Numbered from the stretch's first letter, positions 1 to 11,418 are shown. The stretch is 64,000 nucleotides of DNA from Gekko japonicus (GCF_001447785.1 NW_015172020.1:965302-1029301), one strand, 5' to 3'. Numbers and translations are program-made. The notes: generated from the letters alone by a model not told the origin.

Positions 1-347
1 GTACCAGGTTAGGTTTTTGGTGGGTAGCATGATGCCCCAGGGCACCACGTTGGGGACCCCTGCTTTAGCCCCATGTACATGTTTCACCTGTTGGGTTTAA
101 CATTTCTTATAATCTTTTAACCCTCCTGTTTCCACATTTTTAATTTACTCCTCTCAGAGAGTTGGAAAATGCAGTGTCCCCTGAGTCTACACTGCAGCAC
201 CGTGTCAAAACAACATGTTGCATTCTATACTGAAGTCATTCGAACAGGTAACACTCACATATAAACTATATGTTGTGCTTTACAAGTAATAGTGCAGTCT
301 TAACTGTGCCTATATAAAGATATATACATCAATAATGTCAGTATCTT

Positions 348-509
348 CAAGGGTGTAGACTTTCCAATTTCCCGGGGGGGGGGGCTGGGGCTGGGGCAGA
401 GGCATTGCTGTGCTAGGAGCAAGGGTGGCCCCCAGGGGAGGCTGAGCACCTTCCTGAAAATTTCGGTGGGGGCTGACGCCCCACCGCCCCCACAAAGATT
501 ACGCCTATG
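348..509. mobile_element. Short non-autonomous DNA transposon (hAT-type MITE)
   Basis: GC-rich insert in AT-rich DNA flanked by exact 8-bp direct repeat AGTATCTT (340-347, 510-517); imperfect terminal inverted repeats. Confidence 0.7.
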
Positions 510-1644
510 AGTATCTTTCTACTCTCTTGAAAGATTCTCAAACACTTAGCTTAGAATAACTTCGCCAGGGTATCACAATTTTTAACAATCATATTATATT
601 TGAAAAGCTTTCTCTTTTTTTGTAGTCTTTGTGAAGAAATCATTAGAACAGTTCTTTCCAGTGGTAAAGCAAAAGGTATATACTGCTTATAACAACCCAA
701 AAGTGCTTCATAGTGACCCAACGGATAACCGCGGATGTTCTTCCATTTCAGCGTCCTCTTTCTCAAGAATCGCCGTTTATGTACAACTAATATAAAATCA
801 TACAATTAGTACATAGGTCTACTATGCATAATTCAAAATGGACTCAAGAAAGACCTCAGCCATTCATTCTTACCCATTAGTTCTTAAAGAACGTCACCAA
901 AGCTGTCTGAGAGTTTGCTGTTTCATTTACTGGAACATACCCTCTTCCTGCAAAATCTTAAAGTGGGGGCTTGGCATTCTCAAAATGACTGATGGAGATT
1001 GTTAACAAATTACTTTGCTCTCCCTATCCAGGTGCAGCTTTTTACCCTGAGTTCTGATGTCTTAAAGGGATATGTGCAACAACCTCAAAAAGAAACCTAG
1101 TCTGCCTAATTACAACCTGTACTAATGTAAATTATAATAGATAATTTTCTTCCTGGTATATTGATAATGGAATTGTCCACTTAAAGAAAACAAGAAAAAT
1201 CTATATTTTGACTCAGTCCTGCTGGTTCCAGTGTATTAAATCTATAAATAAATCTTGTTTCCTGCTGTAATAATAATTTTGTACTATTAACTCTATTACA
1301 TTTATGTGGTACATATTTAAATAATATGCAGTACCTAAGTTCTTCAACTGTTCTGTTGTTTTTCTATAAAATGAATTACTAATGGGACATTCAGAATTTT
1401 ATGTTTTATCAGATTTATGTTCTGATATTCTTGTTTTTATTGTTCTATCTGTACTTCCCATGTACAGCAAATTGCAAGGACATTTTACCAAATAAACTGT
1501 TTTTTTGGTATTGCAATCTGTGAATTCATTTAATTTTATAGTACCTCCTGTGTGATGAGTGGACTCTGTAATAACCATGGCTAACCTGCAGCTGACACAA
1601 TGTCCACATATATGATGTCCTTTTGGTTGATGCTCCTTTCTACA

Positions 1645-1850
1645 TAGTGTCCCCTCTAAGCTGAGTTAGTGTGAGCTAGCTCACAATTTTTTAGCCTCCA
1701 GCTCACAGATTTTTGTCATAGCTCAGGAAGGACAGTTCCAGAGCTAACTGATTTATGCAGTAGCCAAATCACTGGCTCACAACTTTAAAGCCAGTAACTC
1801 ACAAAGCAGAATTTTTGCTCACAAGACTCCACAGCTTAGAGGGAACATGG
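1645..1850 (+). mobile_element. ~205-bp hAT-like MITE
   Basis: TIRs AGTGTCCCCTCTAAGCTG...CAGCTTAGAGGGAACATG; same family at 12743-12948 and 12957-13162. Confidence 0.8.
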
Positions 1851-1903
1851 TGCTTATATCTGATTTTATTAATCTATTACATAAAGTTCTTGTTTTCCTA
1901 AAA

Positions 1904-2189
1904 CAGGGGACTGCCGAGCCCCATGAGGGGCCCGGCGGTGGACCTGCAAGGCCGGCGGGAGTGCAAGGAAGCCCCGCGAAGCCCCTCCCTGGCCCCAGGC
2001 AGGCAGGGGTGGGGAGAGGCAAGGAGGAAGCAACTTACCCTCCCTCTTCTCCTGCCTCCTCCTGGATGAATGAGGGCCGGAAGCGGGGCGGCCGGAAGCG
2101 GGGGGCGGGGCTTCGTCATGTGCCCCGACCCCCGGTACCTCACCCGGGGGAACTGCGATCCCCCGCGATCCCCCCCGAAATGACCTCTG
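1904..2189. mobile_element. CpG-rich hAT-like MITE
   Basis: CAGGGG...CCTCTG termini, exact 8-bp TSD TCCTAAAA (1896-1903, 2190-2197). Confidence 0.75.
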
Positions 2190-2199
2190 TCCTAAAAAC

Positions 2200-2900
2200 T
2201 ACACCAGGAGTATTTTCACATCCAGTTAAAAAAGAAAGTAAATGCCAGTGTCATAAAACTATTTTTAATAGGCTCTGCTAATGTTGGATAGTATTTTTAA
2301 TTATAAAAAATTAACATATCATAGAGAAGTACAAAGATCATGAAAAGTAGTTGAGGCTATACACTGAAACAACCTTAACATTATCAAAAGAACGAACAGA
2401 AATTTTAAATATTGGATGCAGTGAGAATCACCTAAAATGAGGTACCAAGATACAAACACATTTCATTCTAAAGCTGAATATTGTAAGCCAAAAGTTAACC
2501 TCTGTTGATGTTCCATATCTGTCTTGTCCTGCAATAAAGAATTTCTGTCCTTACTGATTGTCAGGGCTGGCCCCAGCTTATTTTGCACCCTAAGTGAGGA
2601 TCCCTTCTGGCGCCCCCCCCTCCCCGTGTGCCGAGTTCAGCAAAAGAGCTTCCCCAGCTGTGGAAATGCAGGGCTTTTGGCAGTTGGGGGGGCTTTTGGT
2701 GGGGGGGCGGGCGCAGTTTGGCGCCCCTAAGGGCCGGCCTGCTCTAGGTGAACGCCTAGTTCGCCTAGTGAGCGAGCTGGCCCTGCTGATTGTTCTCAAT
2801 TTAGTGTTATTAATTACTGTCTCGGGATATCCTCTTTCCTTAAATCGATTTTCCATGCTTTGACTCTCTTTAATAAGCATCCTTTCTTCTGTGCTGTCTG
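2200..2900. mobile_element. Degenerate Penelope-like retroelement fragments
   Basis: Minus-strand peptide MENRFKERGYPETVI resembles the RFxxRGYP motif of the Penelope RT C-terminus; AT-rich, stop-riddled; interrupted by a MITE at 2562-2785. Confidence 0.4.
2562..2785. mobile_element. hAT-like MITE
   Basis: CAGGGCTGGC...GCTGGCCCTG TIR-like ends; exact 8-bp TSD CTGATTGT. Confidence 0.75.
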
Positions 2901-3229
2901 CAGAAACCTTTGTGACACCAGGCCGAACCTGTGGTTCAACAACATTTTTCAAGCCCACTTTGAGGGCCCTCTCTGGAAGTTCCTCTTCCTCCACATTTCC
3001 TCAGAAGGATGTCATGTGAGGCTTGACTCTGTGCTCATGATAGTTGCTATGTTCCCTCAATGCCATCTGGCTTTGGCTTTGTACCCCCTGATTCTGACCA
3101 CATCCTCCCTCCCATTTTCTTCTCCAAAAGGGCCTCAGTCTGGGGAAAAGAGGGGAGCAACATTAGGCTGCAGAAAAGACTCCCCAACACGCAGAGGTTT
3201 TGCCAAGTAGTCTGCTTTGGCAGCTCTGT

Positions 3230-3545
3230 GGATGACCTCTCCAGCACTTGTAAGTGTGTTTCATGTACCCCTGTGTGCCTTCAGTTACTCTACTCTCTAG
3301 AATGCCTCAAGAGAGGAACTCTCCACCATTTGCATGTATGTTTTACGTACCCTTGCACGCCCTCCTTTACCCTACTCTGATGCTCCAAGAAAGGAACTCT
3401 CCAGCATCTGCGAGTGTTTCACGTACTCCTCTGTGCCTTCACTTAACTCTAATCTCTCTAATGCCCCCAAAGAGCATTTGCAAGTGTGTTTCACATGCCC
3501 CCGCCACATGCCTTCACTTTTCTCTCCCTCTAATGCCCCAAGTCT
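3230..3545. repeat. Degenerate minisatellite, ~80-bp unit, ~4 copies
   Basis: Recurring CTCTCCAGCA..TGCAAGTGTGTTTCA.GTAC and CTAATGCCCC/CAAGAAAGGAA blocks starting near 3237, 3319, 3397, 3470. Confidence 0.7.
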
Positions 3546-4069
3546 CCACACGTGTACATGCCCGGTCTTAAAATCTAAACAGTAATTATAATTTCCCTCA
3601 TGGTCACCTAGTAAGGCTGCAGTTCTGTGCACACTCTCCTGGGAGTGAGCGCTGTTGAATGCAATGGGTTGGATCTCATGGAAGATTTATGCATGTGCAA
3701 CACTCCTTGTGCAACCAGAAGCCTCAGGAAAAAGATTACTGATCGCCATCTGCTTGCACTAAGAGAAAAGGCTTGTATCCCTAGGGTTGTCCTTATACGT
3801 GCACAAGAGATTGCACAGAGTGTTTCTTCAGATACAGTGTCAAAAGAAATTAAATAAAACCCTGTGAACAGTCTGTTGTACTTTCCATCGTTCCATATGC
3901 ACATCACGAATGCCCTACAAATTATATCAGAGCCCTATGCCTGACTGCAGCCACTGCGCATCTTGTGCAAACAGAACTAAACGATGTACACATTCCTTTC
4001 TGCTCATGCATCGTTGGAGGAGTTTTCAGTAAACATGCACCAGTTTGTGTTGTGGACATGTCAACGTCT

Positions 4070-5287
4070 TCACTGTCTCTCCAGAGGTCCCTCCACAACC
4101 TGTAACTCAGATCTCTGGGCCCGAGAGTCTGTAATGGATCTCCTAGGGTTTAAGACGCCCTCGTCCTTCTGGAACACTGCTTTCAGTTTCCCATGCAGGG
4201 CCGCCAGCATAGCTCTCTTGAAACTGCTGGAGAGGAAAAAGAACATCACCGGGTCGAAGCAGCAGTTGAGGGCCGTGACGCAGAGGACAAGTTCATTGGC
4301 AAGGTGGAGGGCTTGGACACTCCCCAGATCAGAGATGATCTTGATCTGGGCAAGGATATAGGGCACTCGGACCACATGGTAGGGGGTGAAGCATATGATG
4401 AAGATGGCAAGGACCACAAAGGTCTTGGATATGGCTCGGGCACTGGTTTTCCTGCTCTGCTGCCGTGATTTCCTTAAGGCCACCTGGCGGAGCTTGAGAG
4501 AGATCTTGCCATAGGAGTAGAGGAAAAAACCCAGCAGGACAAAGAAAGTGGCCACTGCAGTCAGGTTGAGCACTGCCCCCAGCACACTTCTGTACTTGAA
4601 GTGGAAGCACCTGTTGGCACAGTGCCCTTTCTCGCTGGCACTGAAAAAGAAAGGAAGCATCATGGCGCTGCAGACTAACCACACCAGTCCAGAAGCGGCG
4701 GTGCTGTGGGTCACCGTGTGGATCCGGAACTGGTGGAGGGGCCGGGTGATCTTCAGGTAGCGATCTAGGCTGATCAGGCTGAGCAGCCCGATGCTGACAT
4801 ACATGGTAAGGTAGAAGATGCTGCCAACCACCTTGCAGAGCATGGCAGGGCCACTCTGGTTCTGATATGCGGCCCGGAAGGGCAGGCAGAGAGCGAGGAG
4901 GAGGTCCGACAGGGCGAGGTTCTTCATGTAGACGGTGATGGAGTTTGTCTTCTGCGTGCCACAATGGAACACCCAGAGGGCCAGCAGGTTGAAGAAGAAG
5001 CCCATGATGGAGATGATGGAATACATCACTGGCAGGGTCACTACTAAGAGGTCATCGTTGATGTCGCAGCTGGAGCTGTTAGAGCTATTCCCGGGGGGTT
5101 CTAATTCTGGGGGGAAACCAAGAGACAGATGAATTGTTTGGAGGCCTCCTTCCTGCAAAAGCTGGGCAGAAAGCGGTGTTTCAGAACTATTTATCCGGGC
5201 ACGTTTGAGGCCCAAGGATGGCATGATCATTCTCACTGCTGCGAGTGCCCTATGAGAGATAGATTCTACGATGTTATTTGCACACAT
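4070..5287 (-). CDS. GPR34-like class A GPCR (P2Y12-like group, putative lysophosphatidylserine receptor); receptor body 4070-~5106, true start uncertain
   Basis: 7 TM helices; motifs GFFFN, NLALSDLLLALCLPFR, LCKVVG, ISLDRYLKI, CFHF, CFTPYHVVR, NE..L...NCCFDPVMF closely parallel GPR34 (LCKVVG, ISLDRYIKI, CFHY, CFVPYHAFR, DPVMY); N-glycosylation sequons NSSNSS; likely splice acceptor at 5108-5107. Confidence 0.85.
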   Translation of the reverse strand: MCANNIVESISHRALAAVRMIMPSLGLKRARINSSETPLSAQLLQEGGLQTIHLSLGFPPELEPPGNSSNSSSCDINDDLLVVTLPVMYSIISIMGFFFNLLALWVFHCGTQKTNSITVYMKNLALSDLLLALCLPFRAAYQNQSGPAMLCKVVGSIFYLTMYVSIGLLSLISLDRYLKITRPLHQFRIHTVTHSTAASGLVWLVCSAMMLPFFFSASEKGHCANRCFHFKYRSVLGAVLNLTAVATFFVLLGFFLYSYGKISLKLRQVALRKSRQQSRKTSARAISKTFVVLAIFIICFTPYHVVRVPYILAQIKIISDLGSVQALHLANELVLCVTALNCCFDPVMFFFLSSSFKRAMLAALHGKLKAVFQKDEGVLNPRRSITDSRAQRSELQVVEGPLERQ

Positions 5288-5886
5288 AGAACACGTGCAG
5301 CAGATTTTGAGAACGCTGCCTCCGAAGATGGATGTAACCGATGGGATTTATCAATTGTTTTAAAAACTTGTTACCCAATTAATGATTTCCCTTTTAAATG
5401 AATAGTTCAGTTATTAAAGTTGCATATTACCATAACCTCGATGCAGGTGACTTCTGTGAGACGTGTATTTATAGACTGCATTTTTTGGGTGGGGCAAGGC
5501 ACTCAAGGCAGTTTATAATTTAAAATAACTAAAGTGAAAACAAAATCTTGCAACATTCTTGGTGATAGGAAGTCTAAACAAAATTAATAAAAAGTACAAT
5601 TCGTTTTCCAGAAAGTATAGCTATCTTTAATATTTCCCCCCGTTTTTTTCCATTACAGTAATGCATCGCAGACCAAAATACCCTAGAAAAATGACATTTA
5701 CTAATCTCAGATTAATCAACTAACACTTCGGTTGATTATACTACAGATTTGAAATGTCTAACCAAGACAGAGATTAGCAGATTTGGGGTCAATTGCAACT
5801 GTATCTTGCTGGGTGGGGCCACTAGCAGAAAGAAAGCCAAGCATCCAGACTGACAGCTATCTATGGATCCACCCTTTGAGACATAG

Positions 5887-6230
5887 TAAAGGTAAAGGTC
5901 CCCTTGCTCGAAAGCCAGTCGAGTCCGACTCTAGGGTTGCGGTGCTCATCTCCGTTTCAAAGCCGAAGAGCCAGCACTGTCCGAAGACGTTTCCGTGGTC
6001 ATGTGGCCGGCATGACTAAACACCAAGGCGCACGGAACGCTGTTACCTTCCCACCGAAGTGGTACCTATTTATCTACTTGCAATTTCTTGCTTTCGAACT
6101 GCTAGGTTGGCAGGAGCTGGAGCCAGAGATGGGAGCTCACCCCGTCATGCGGCAACTTGGGTGACGAACTGCTGAACTACTGACCTTCCACAGCCTGCAG
6201 TTCATCATCTTAAACAGTTGAGCCACCGCA
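5887..6230 (-). mobile_element. Sauria SINE (Squam1), near full length
   Basis: Reverse complement has tRNA-like head, Bov-B-derived tail and (ACCTTT)n end; near-identical to copies at 26940 and 39485. Confidence 0.85.
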
Positions 6231-6894
6231 TAAGGTACCCTGAAAGAAACGTTTATTATATCCTGGTGCATGCCGAGATTGCTCTCTTCATCAGCTTCAG
6301 TGTGCATTTAACTGTAGCAAGCTGTGCAAATGGCTTTGCAAACTCCTAAAAAAAGTTTGCTTTTTTAAAGAGGTGCTTTGTTTTTCTTTCAAAGCTTGCA
6401 GATTCACCTACATAGACCTCTTCCAAGGCTGATTCAAAGTATTTGTTGCCCACAGGCAAAATATACCCAGTGCCTCTTGCTGCTCCTCCTCCTTATCTCG
6501 CTAGTACAAGGTTTTCATCCCTACCCTTCCAAAGCTCAGAGTGGCTTGGAGCCATAAACAAAGCATAACAATACAATCCAGTTTGCACAGCGTAGTAACA
6601 CTAAGATATCGGAGGGCAAAGAATGCTGTACTGCTTAGCCTTCAATAAAAGAGAGCCCATTTCAAGGTCCGAGAGGAAAGTTCTTTCAAATTACTCAGCT
6701 TTCCAGAAGGTAAGGGGAAATATGCCTTCCACTTCAGATGAGGCAGTTTCATGTGTGCTTCTGCACTCTAGAATGGGCTCCTTGGTCTATCAAAATCAGT
6801 CTTTGGGGGGAGTGATACAGCGTCCACTTGGCATGCAGAAGATCCCAGGTTCAATCCCTGGCATCTCCAATAAGGATCAGTTTGTACATAATGT

Positions 6895-7147
6895 GAGAGC
6901 CAGCATGGTGTGGTGGCTAAGAGCGACGGACTCTAACCTAGAGAATCAGATTCGATTCTGCACTCCTCCACGTGAAGCCAGCTGGGTGGACCTTGGGTCA
7001 GTCACAGCGCTTTCAGAGCTCTCTCACCCCCCCAAAAAAATAAGTCTAGCTCGCCACCTAGTGGTGCATAACGCAAAAAGAGCTAGAACTTCAGGCTGCC
7101 AGACAATCTTAGAATATCCTGGCTATACTACACACAAGGCCATATGA
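6895..7147 (+). mobile_element. Chimeric SINE: Squam3-like tRNA head plus distinct 3' module
   Basis: GAGAGCCAGCATGGTGTGGTGG head, followed by module TCTAGCTCGCCACCTAGTGG...GGCTATACTACACAC also found at 26390-26475 and 62845-62940. Confidence 0.65.
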
Positions 7148-8560
7148 TTTCTTAAAATGTACATAATGTGAAGGGCCTCAGCCTGAGATGCCATAGAGCC
7201 ACTGCCAGTATGAGTAGACAGTACTGACTCTGCAGGAGCAGTGGTCTGATTCCATGTATGACAGCTTCATGTGTTCGAGTGATTGACTCTAGCGGCTCTC
7301 CAGAATCTCAGGTATTGGTCTTTCCCTTCACCTCCTATCTGGTTGTTTTAACTGAAGATGTTCAGCGATTGCACCAGGGACCTTCCTCACACAAAACTGA
7401 TGCTCTGACATTGAGCCTTCCCTGGCAACACTGGAAAAAGCTCTCAGACAAATGAAACTGGGACTTACTGACTGCCACGAGGTTCCTGTGAGATACAGCA
7501 GCTGGGCTGAGAGGAGTAGGCAAGCAAGTAAATTTCTCGATCGATCGTGGTGGGTCCAGCCTCACTTTCTTCCACCTCAGCGCTCTCTCCGATGTCTGCT
7601 TGTTTGGGGGCTACGAAGTCCAGCTATCCTGTTGCAACAAAACCAAGATAGAATGCAGCGGCACCTTAAAGATCAACAGCTTTGTTGCGGCAGAAGGTTG
7701 CGCAGGAGAGAGACCAGCTTCATCGGGTGCGGTGTGATGGGGCTCACTGCTGGGAGGGATTTCTCGCACCTTTTCAAAGTCCCACAAGCTGGTGATGGCA
7801 CTTCCTGAAGCCTCTTCATCTGCTTCCCCTAAAGTCAAACACTTGCTTGTCAGCAAAGAAATGCATGTGGTATACTGTACTCAGATCTTACACAGAAATC
7901 AGCCCACTATTCATAGCCTGACAGAGAAAAAGCCCGGAAGTGGAACCAGTGCTTGTTTGTGGCTTGTTGTTTTTTTCCCATAGGAGGTTGGGACAACAGG
8001 TCTTGAAATAGGGTTGCCAAATGCAAACAGATGCTTCTGTACCTTTAGCAAAAATTATTTTCATTTCTTTTTAGCCTCTTTATTCTCTGGGGGGCTCAGG
8101 GCAGCATGCACGGTCCCCAACCCTTATTTTATCCGCACAACGACCCTGTGAAGTAGGTAGGCTGAGACTGCGTGACTTCTGCAAGGTCACAGTGTGAGCT
8201 TTGCAGGAAAGTGGGGACTTGAATCTCATTTATCTATTTAAAATATTTATCTGCCTGACTTTCTCCTGGGCATCTCAGGACCCAGAGTCGAGCGCTCTAA
8301 CCTCAACACCACCCTGGCACTCTAGTCTAAGGTACAGGCTTCAGCAAGCAGAGTTTTTTGTGGTGACAGCTATCAATTGTCTCTGGCAGCTACGACCAGA
8401 TCAAAAGATGGACACCCTCACTTAAAGTGTGATTTCTTCAATGACATGGCCCCTACAAGATAGGGTTGACAGCTTAGGCTAGAAAATTCTTGGAGATTTG
8501 GGGGTGGGGCTTTGGGAGAGTAAAGTTTTGGGAGAGGAGGCAGCTCAGAAAGGATGTGAT

Positions 8561-8848
8561 GAGAGCCATTTTGGTGTAGTGGTTAAGTGCAAGGACTCTA
8601 ATCTGGGAGAACCGGGTTCAATTCCCCACTCCTTCACTTGCACCTGGCTGGATGACCTTGGGCAAGCCATAGTTCTGATAAGAGCCGTTCTTGAAAAAGA
8701 GCAGTTTCTGTCAAGACCTCTCTCAGCCCCACCTACCTCACAGGGTGTCTGTTGTGGGGAGGGGGAGGGAAAGGAGTTTGTAAGCCGCTCTGAGACTCCT
8801 TTGGGTAGTGAAGGGCGGGGTATAAATCCAATCTCTTCTTCTTCTTCT
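8561..8848 (+). mobile_element. tRNA-derived SINE (Squam3-like) nested in a TAGGGTTG-ended hAT-like element (~8461-9100)
   Basis: A box TGGTGTAGTGG, B box GGTTCAATTCC, (CTT)n tail; multiple similar copies in window. Confidence 0.85.
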
Positions 8849-9366
8849 ATAGAATCCACCCTGCAAAGCTGCTGTTTCTCCCAGAGAAAGAAGGGTTGCC
8901 ACCCTGTGGGTGGCACCTGGAGATTTCCTGCTATTACAGTTGATTTCCAGACGACCAAGATCCTTGGAGAAAATGGCTGCTTTGAAGGTTTGACCTTATA
9001 GCATTATATCCTGCTGAGGTCCCCCCTCCCAAGCCCCTCCCTCCCCAGTCTCCTCCCCCAGAATCTCCAGGTATTTCCCAACTCAGAAGTGGCAACCCGA
9101 AGTGATCACTCTAGTTGTAATTCTGAGAGAACTCCCCAAGGTGTGGCTTTGAACAAGGTATAGTTGGCGTTCTCCCACTAGGGCTAGAAATAGCCATGTT
9201 AGTAGGCCCAGATGTACAGGTCTCAGGAATTCTGGAACTTCTGGATTTAGCTCTTCCCGCATTAAGATGCTCAACATTTTTAGGATGTTGCCGCTGTACT
9301 TGTAGCCTGCAAAGTAGGAGCTATCAGTAATGAGCCATGGATCAGGTCCCAACAGGTAGTCAGCCA

Positions 9367-9656
9367 TAGGGTTGCCAAGTGCGATCGCCGCAGCGGGAAC
9401 CGCATCCTCGTCACTCGGAAGTGTCGCAACCACGCCGGGCACGCTGGGGGCGGGGCCACAACCATCCGAGGGAAAACCATAGAGTTTTCCCTCGGATGAC
9501 CGTGGCCCGGCCCCCAGCATGCCCAGCGTGGTTGCGTCACTTCCATGTGACGTGCACGTCGGGGTGGGGTCCCCCCCGGGCCCAATCTGCCAGCGGCAGG
9601 GAACGGGCCTCTGGGGCGGGGGTTTCCCTGCCCCCCGGGGGGACTTGGAAAGCCTA
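9367..9656. mobile_element. CpG-rich hAT-like MITE (TAGGGTTGCC termini)
   Basis: Exact 8-bp TSD GTCAGCCA (9359-9366, 9657-9664); internal palindrome CCGAGGGAAAAC..GTTTTCCCTCGG. Confidence 0.8.
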
Positions 9657-9674
9657 GTCAGCCATCAGGTGTGG

Positions 9675-10078
9675 CCTGGCGATCACCTGGAATTAGAACT
9701 GATCTCCAGATAACAGAGATCGGTTCCCCTGAGGGTTGCCAGCTCTGGGTTGGGAAATACCTGGAGATTTTGGGGGTGGGGCTTGGAGAGGGCGGGGTTT
9801 GGGGAGGGGAGGGACCTCAGCATGGTACTGTGCCATAGAATCCACCCTCTGAAGCAGCCATTGTCTCCAGGGGCAACGGATGTCTGAAGTTTGGAGATCA
9901 GTTGTAAAAACAGGAGATCTACAGGCCCCATCCGGAGGCTAACAGCCCTTGTCCCCTGGAGAAAATGGCTGCTTTGGAGGACGGGCTCTATGCCATTCAA
10001 CCCACTGAGCTCCCCACTGTCTCCAGGCTCCACTCTCAGATCTCCAGGAACGTCCTAACTCATAGCTGACAACCCTCA
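9675..10078. mobile_element. AGGGTTGCCA-family hAT-like MITE fragments (nested)
   Basis: AGGGTTGCCAG..., CCCCTGGAGAAAATGGCTGCTTTGGAGG blocks shared with 8461-9100, 16166-16399 and 61176-61400. Confidence 0.65.
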
Positions 10079-11418
10079 TTTGGGGCAATTGCACCTATGA
10101 AGTCAGTCATAGCGGGTTACAGGAAGGCTACACCATAGTGTTGTCAGAGATGGAAAGCAGGGGTGTGCATTTCTTTTCCAACTAATACAAACTGAACTGA
10201 AAAGACCACCTTGGACAGGGTGGAAAAAGTAACTGGGAATAGAAACGAATGAAAGCCACTCAATTCCTAGGCGCCAGTCAGTCTGGTTTAGACAATTCAA
10301 GGAGATCAGGAAAGATCAAAGGATATGAAACTGACATAGAACCTTTCCAAACATCAAGATCAAACATCACAAAAAATTGCTAATATGTCTTTCCATGGCA
10401 TTTCATCACTGGTTCAGGGGACTGGAAATGGTTTTCTTGGTTCTAAGCGATTGCTGGCAGTCCCCCAAGATCTGTATTTTGAGAATGGGCCTTTACAGGC
10501 TGTCTCTTCTTGTGCTTTACTATTTAGCTGCCCCCAAACATTTAAATGAGATATGACTGCTTGATGAAAATAACTTGTGAATAAATGTGCGCCCTGCAAT
10601 CTGACACTCACAGAGAAAAGCAGCCTCACTATTAATCTGTGCACAGTAGTCTCGGTATTAGTAAGAACACAGTTCCCTTTTGCTTCAGCTCGCTCTGTTC
10701 TCTTAGAGACTGTGTGTTCTCATGTTATTTCTGGTGCTTTGTGCAAGTTCTTCCCTTCCCTTTCTTGTTGCGATTTGTTGAAGTCTGTTGATTTGACTTT
10801 GGACGTTACTATTTTCGTGCACTGCTTGGTGAGTTTCTCTGTGCATGCACGTCCATAGTGCCTGTGTGTGCATTCAGGACTGCTGTGTACAAGTGCTTTG
10901 CACTCACTCAAGTGATTTCCCATTAGTGGTGTAACTTTTGGGGTGTCAGACATCTCCCTCTCTCCATTCTGTAGTGCTGTTTGCCTGCTGTTAGGGAGCC
11001 AGCCACTTCCCACTGAACAACACTGTCTGCTTCCTTGTGTTTGCTCTTTAAAGCTCCTTTTCTTCAGTTGCTTCTGCTGCTTCAACACAGCCCCCCTCCC
11101 CGTGCCCATGGGGGAACTGTTTCAGTACCTGAAAACACGGAGCTATGCCGTTTCTGAAGCACTGAACTATCTGTGAAGTTTTGAATTATTTGGGCAGTTC
11201 CACATCAAGCACTCCTGTCTGCTGGTACAACAAAGGACAGCATCGGTTCTACTTTGATAAAGCTTTGCAGTCAAATGAGATACACTGTAGCTAGCACCCT
11301 CGTTAGAAGCGTCTTCTTTGGGAAGCATTTGCATCTGCTCATTCGTTGGAATCTTCTTATGTAATCATCCTTATCAAATATTTATGAAATCATACTTTGT
11401 GTATGTCTCCTATATGCC

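Noticed and set aside
3230-3545. CRISPR-like repeat/spacer appearance
   Set aside because: Eukaryotic degenerate minisatellite with homologous, not unique, spacers.
5904-6164. Recurrent ORF MLESQSSPTLGLRCSSPFQS... (also 24436, 26992)
   Set aside because: Antisense translation of Sauria SINE copies, not a gene family.
8561-8640. Possible tRNA gene
   Set aside because: A/B boxes are SINE heads; no complete cloverleaf or terminator.
8498-9001. Recurrent ORFs with FGVVVKC.DSNLGEPG (also 13802, 36121, 50386, 60362)
   Set aside because: Translations of Squam3-like SINEs.
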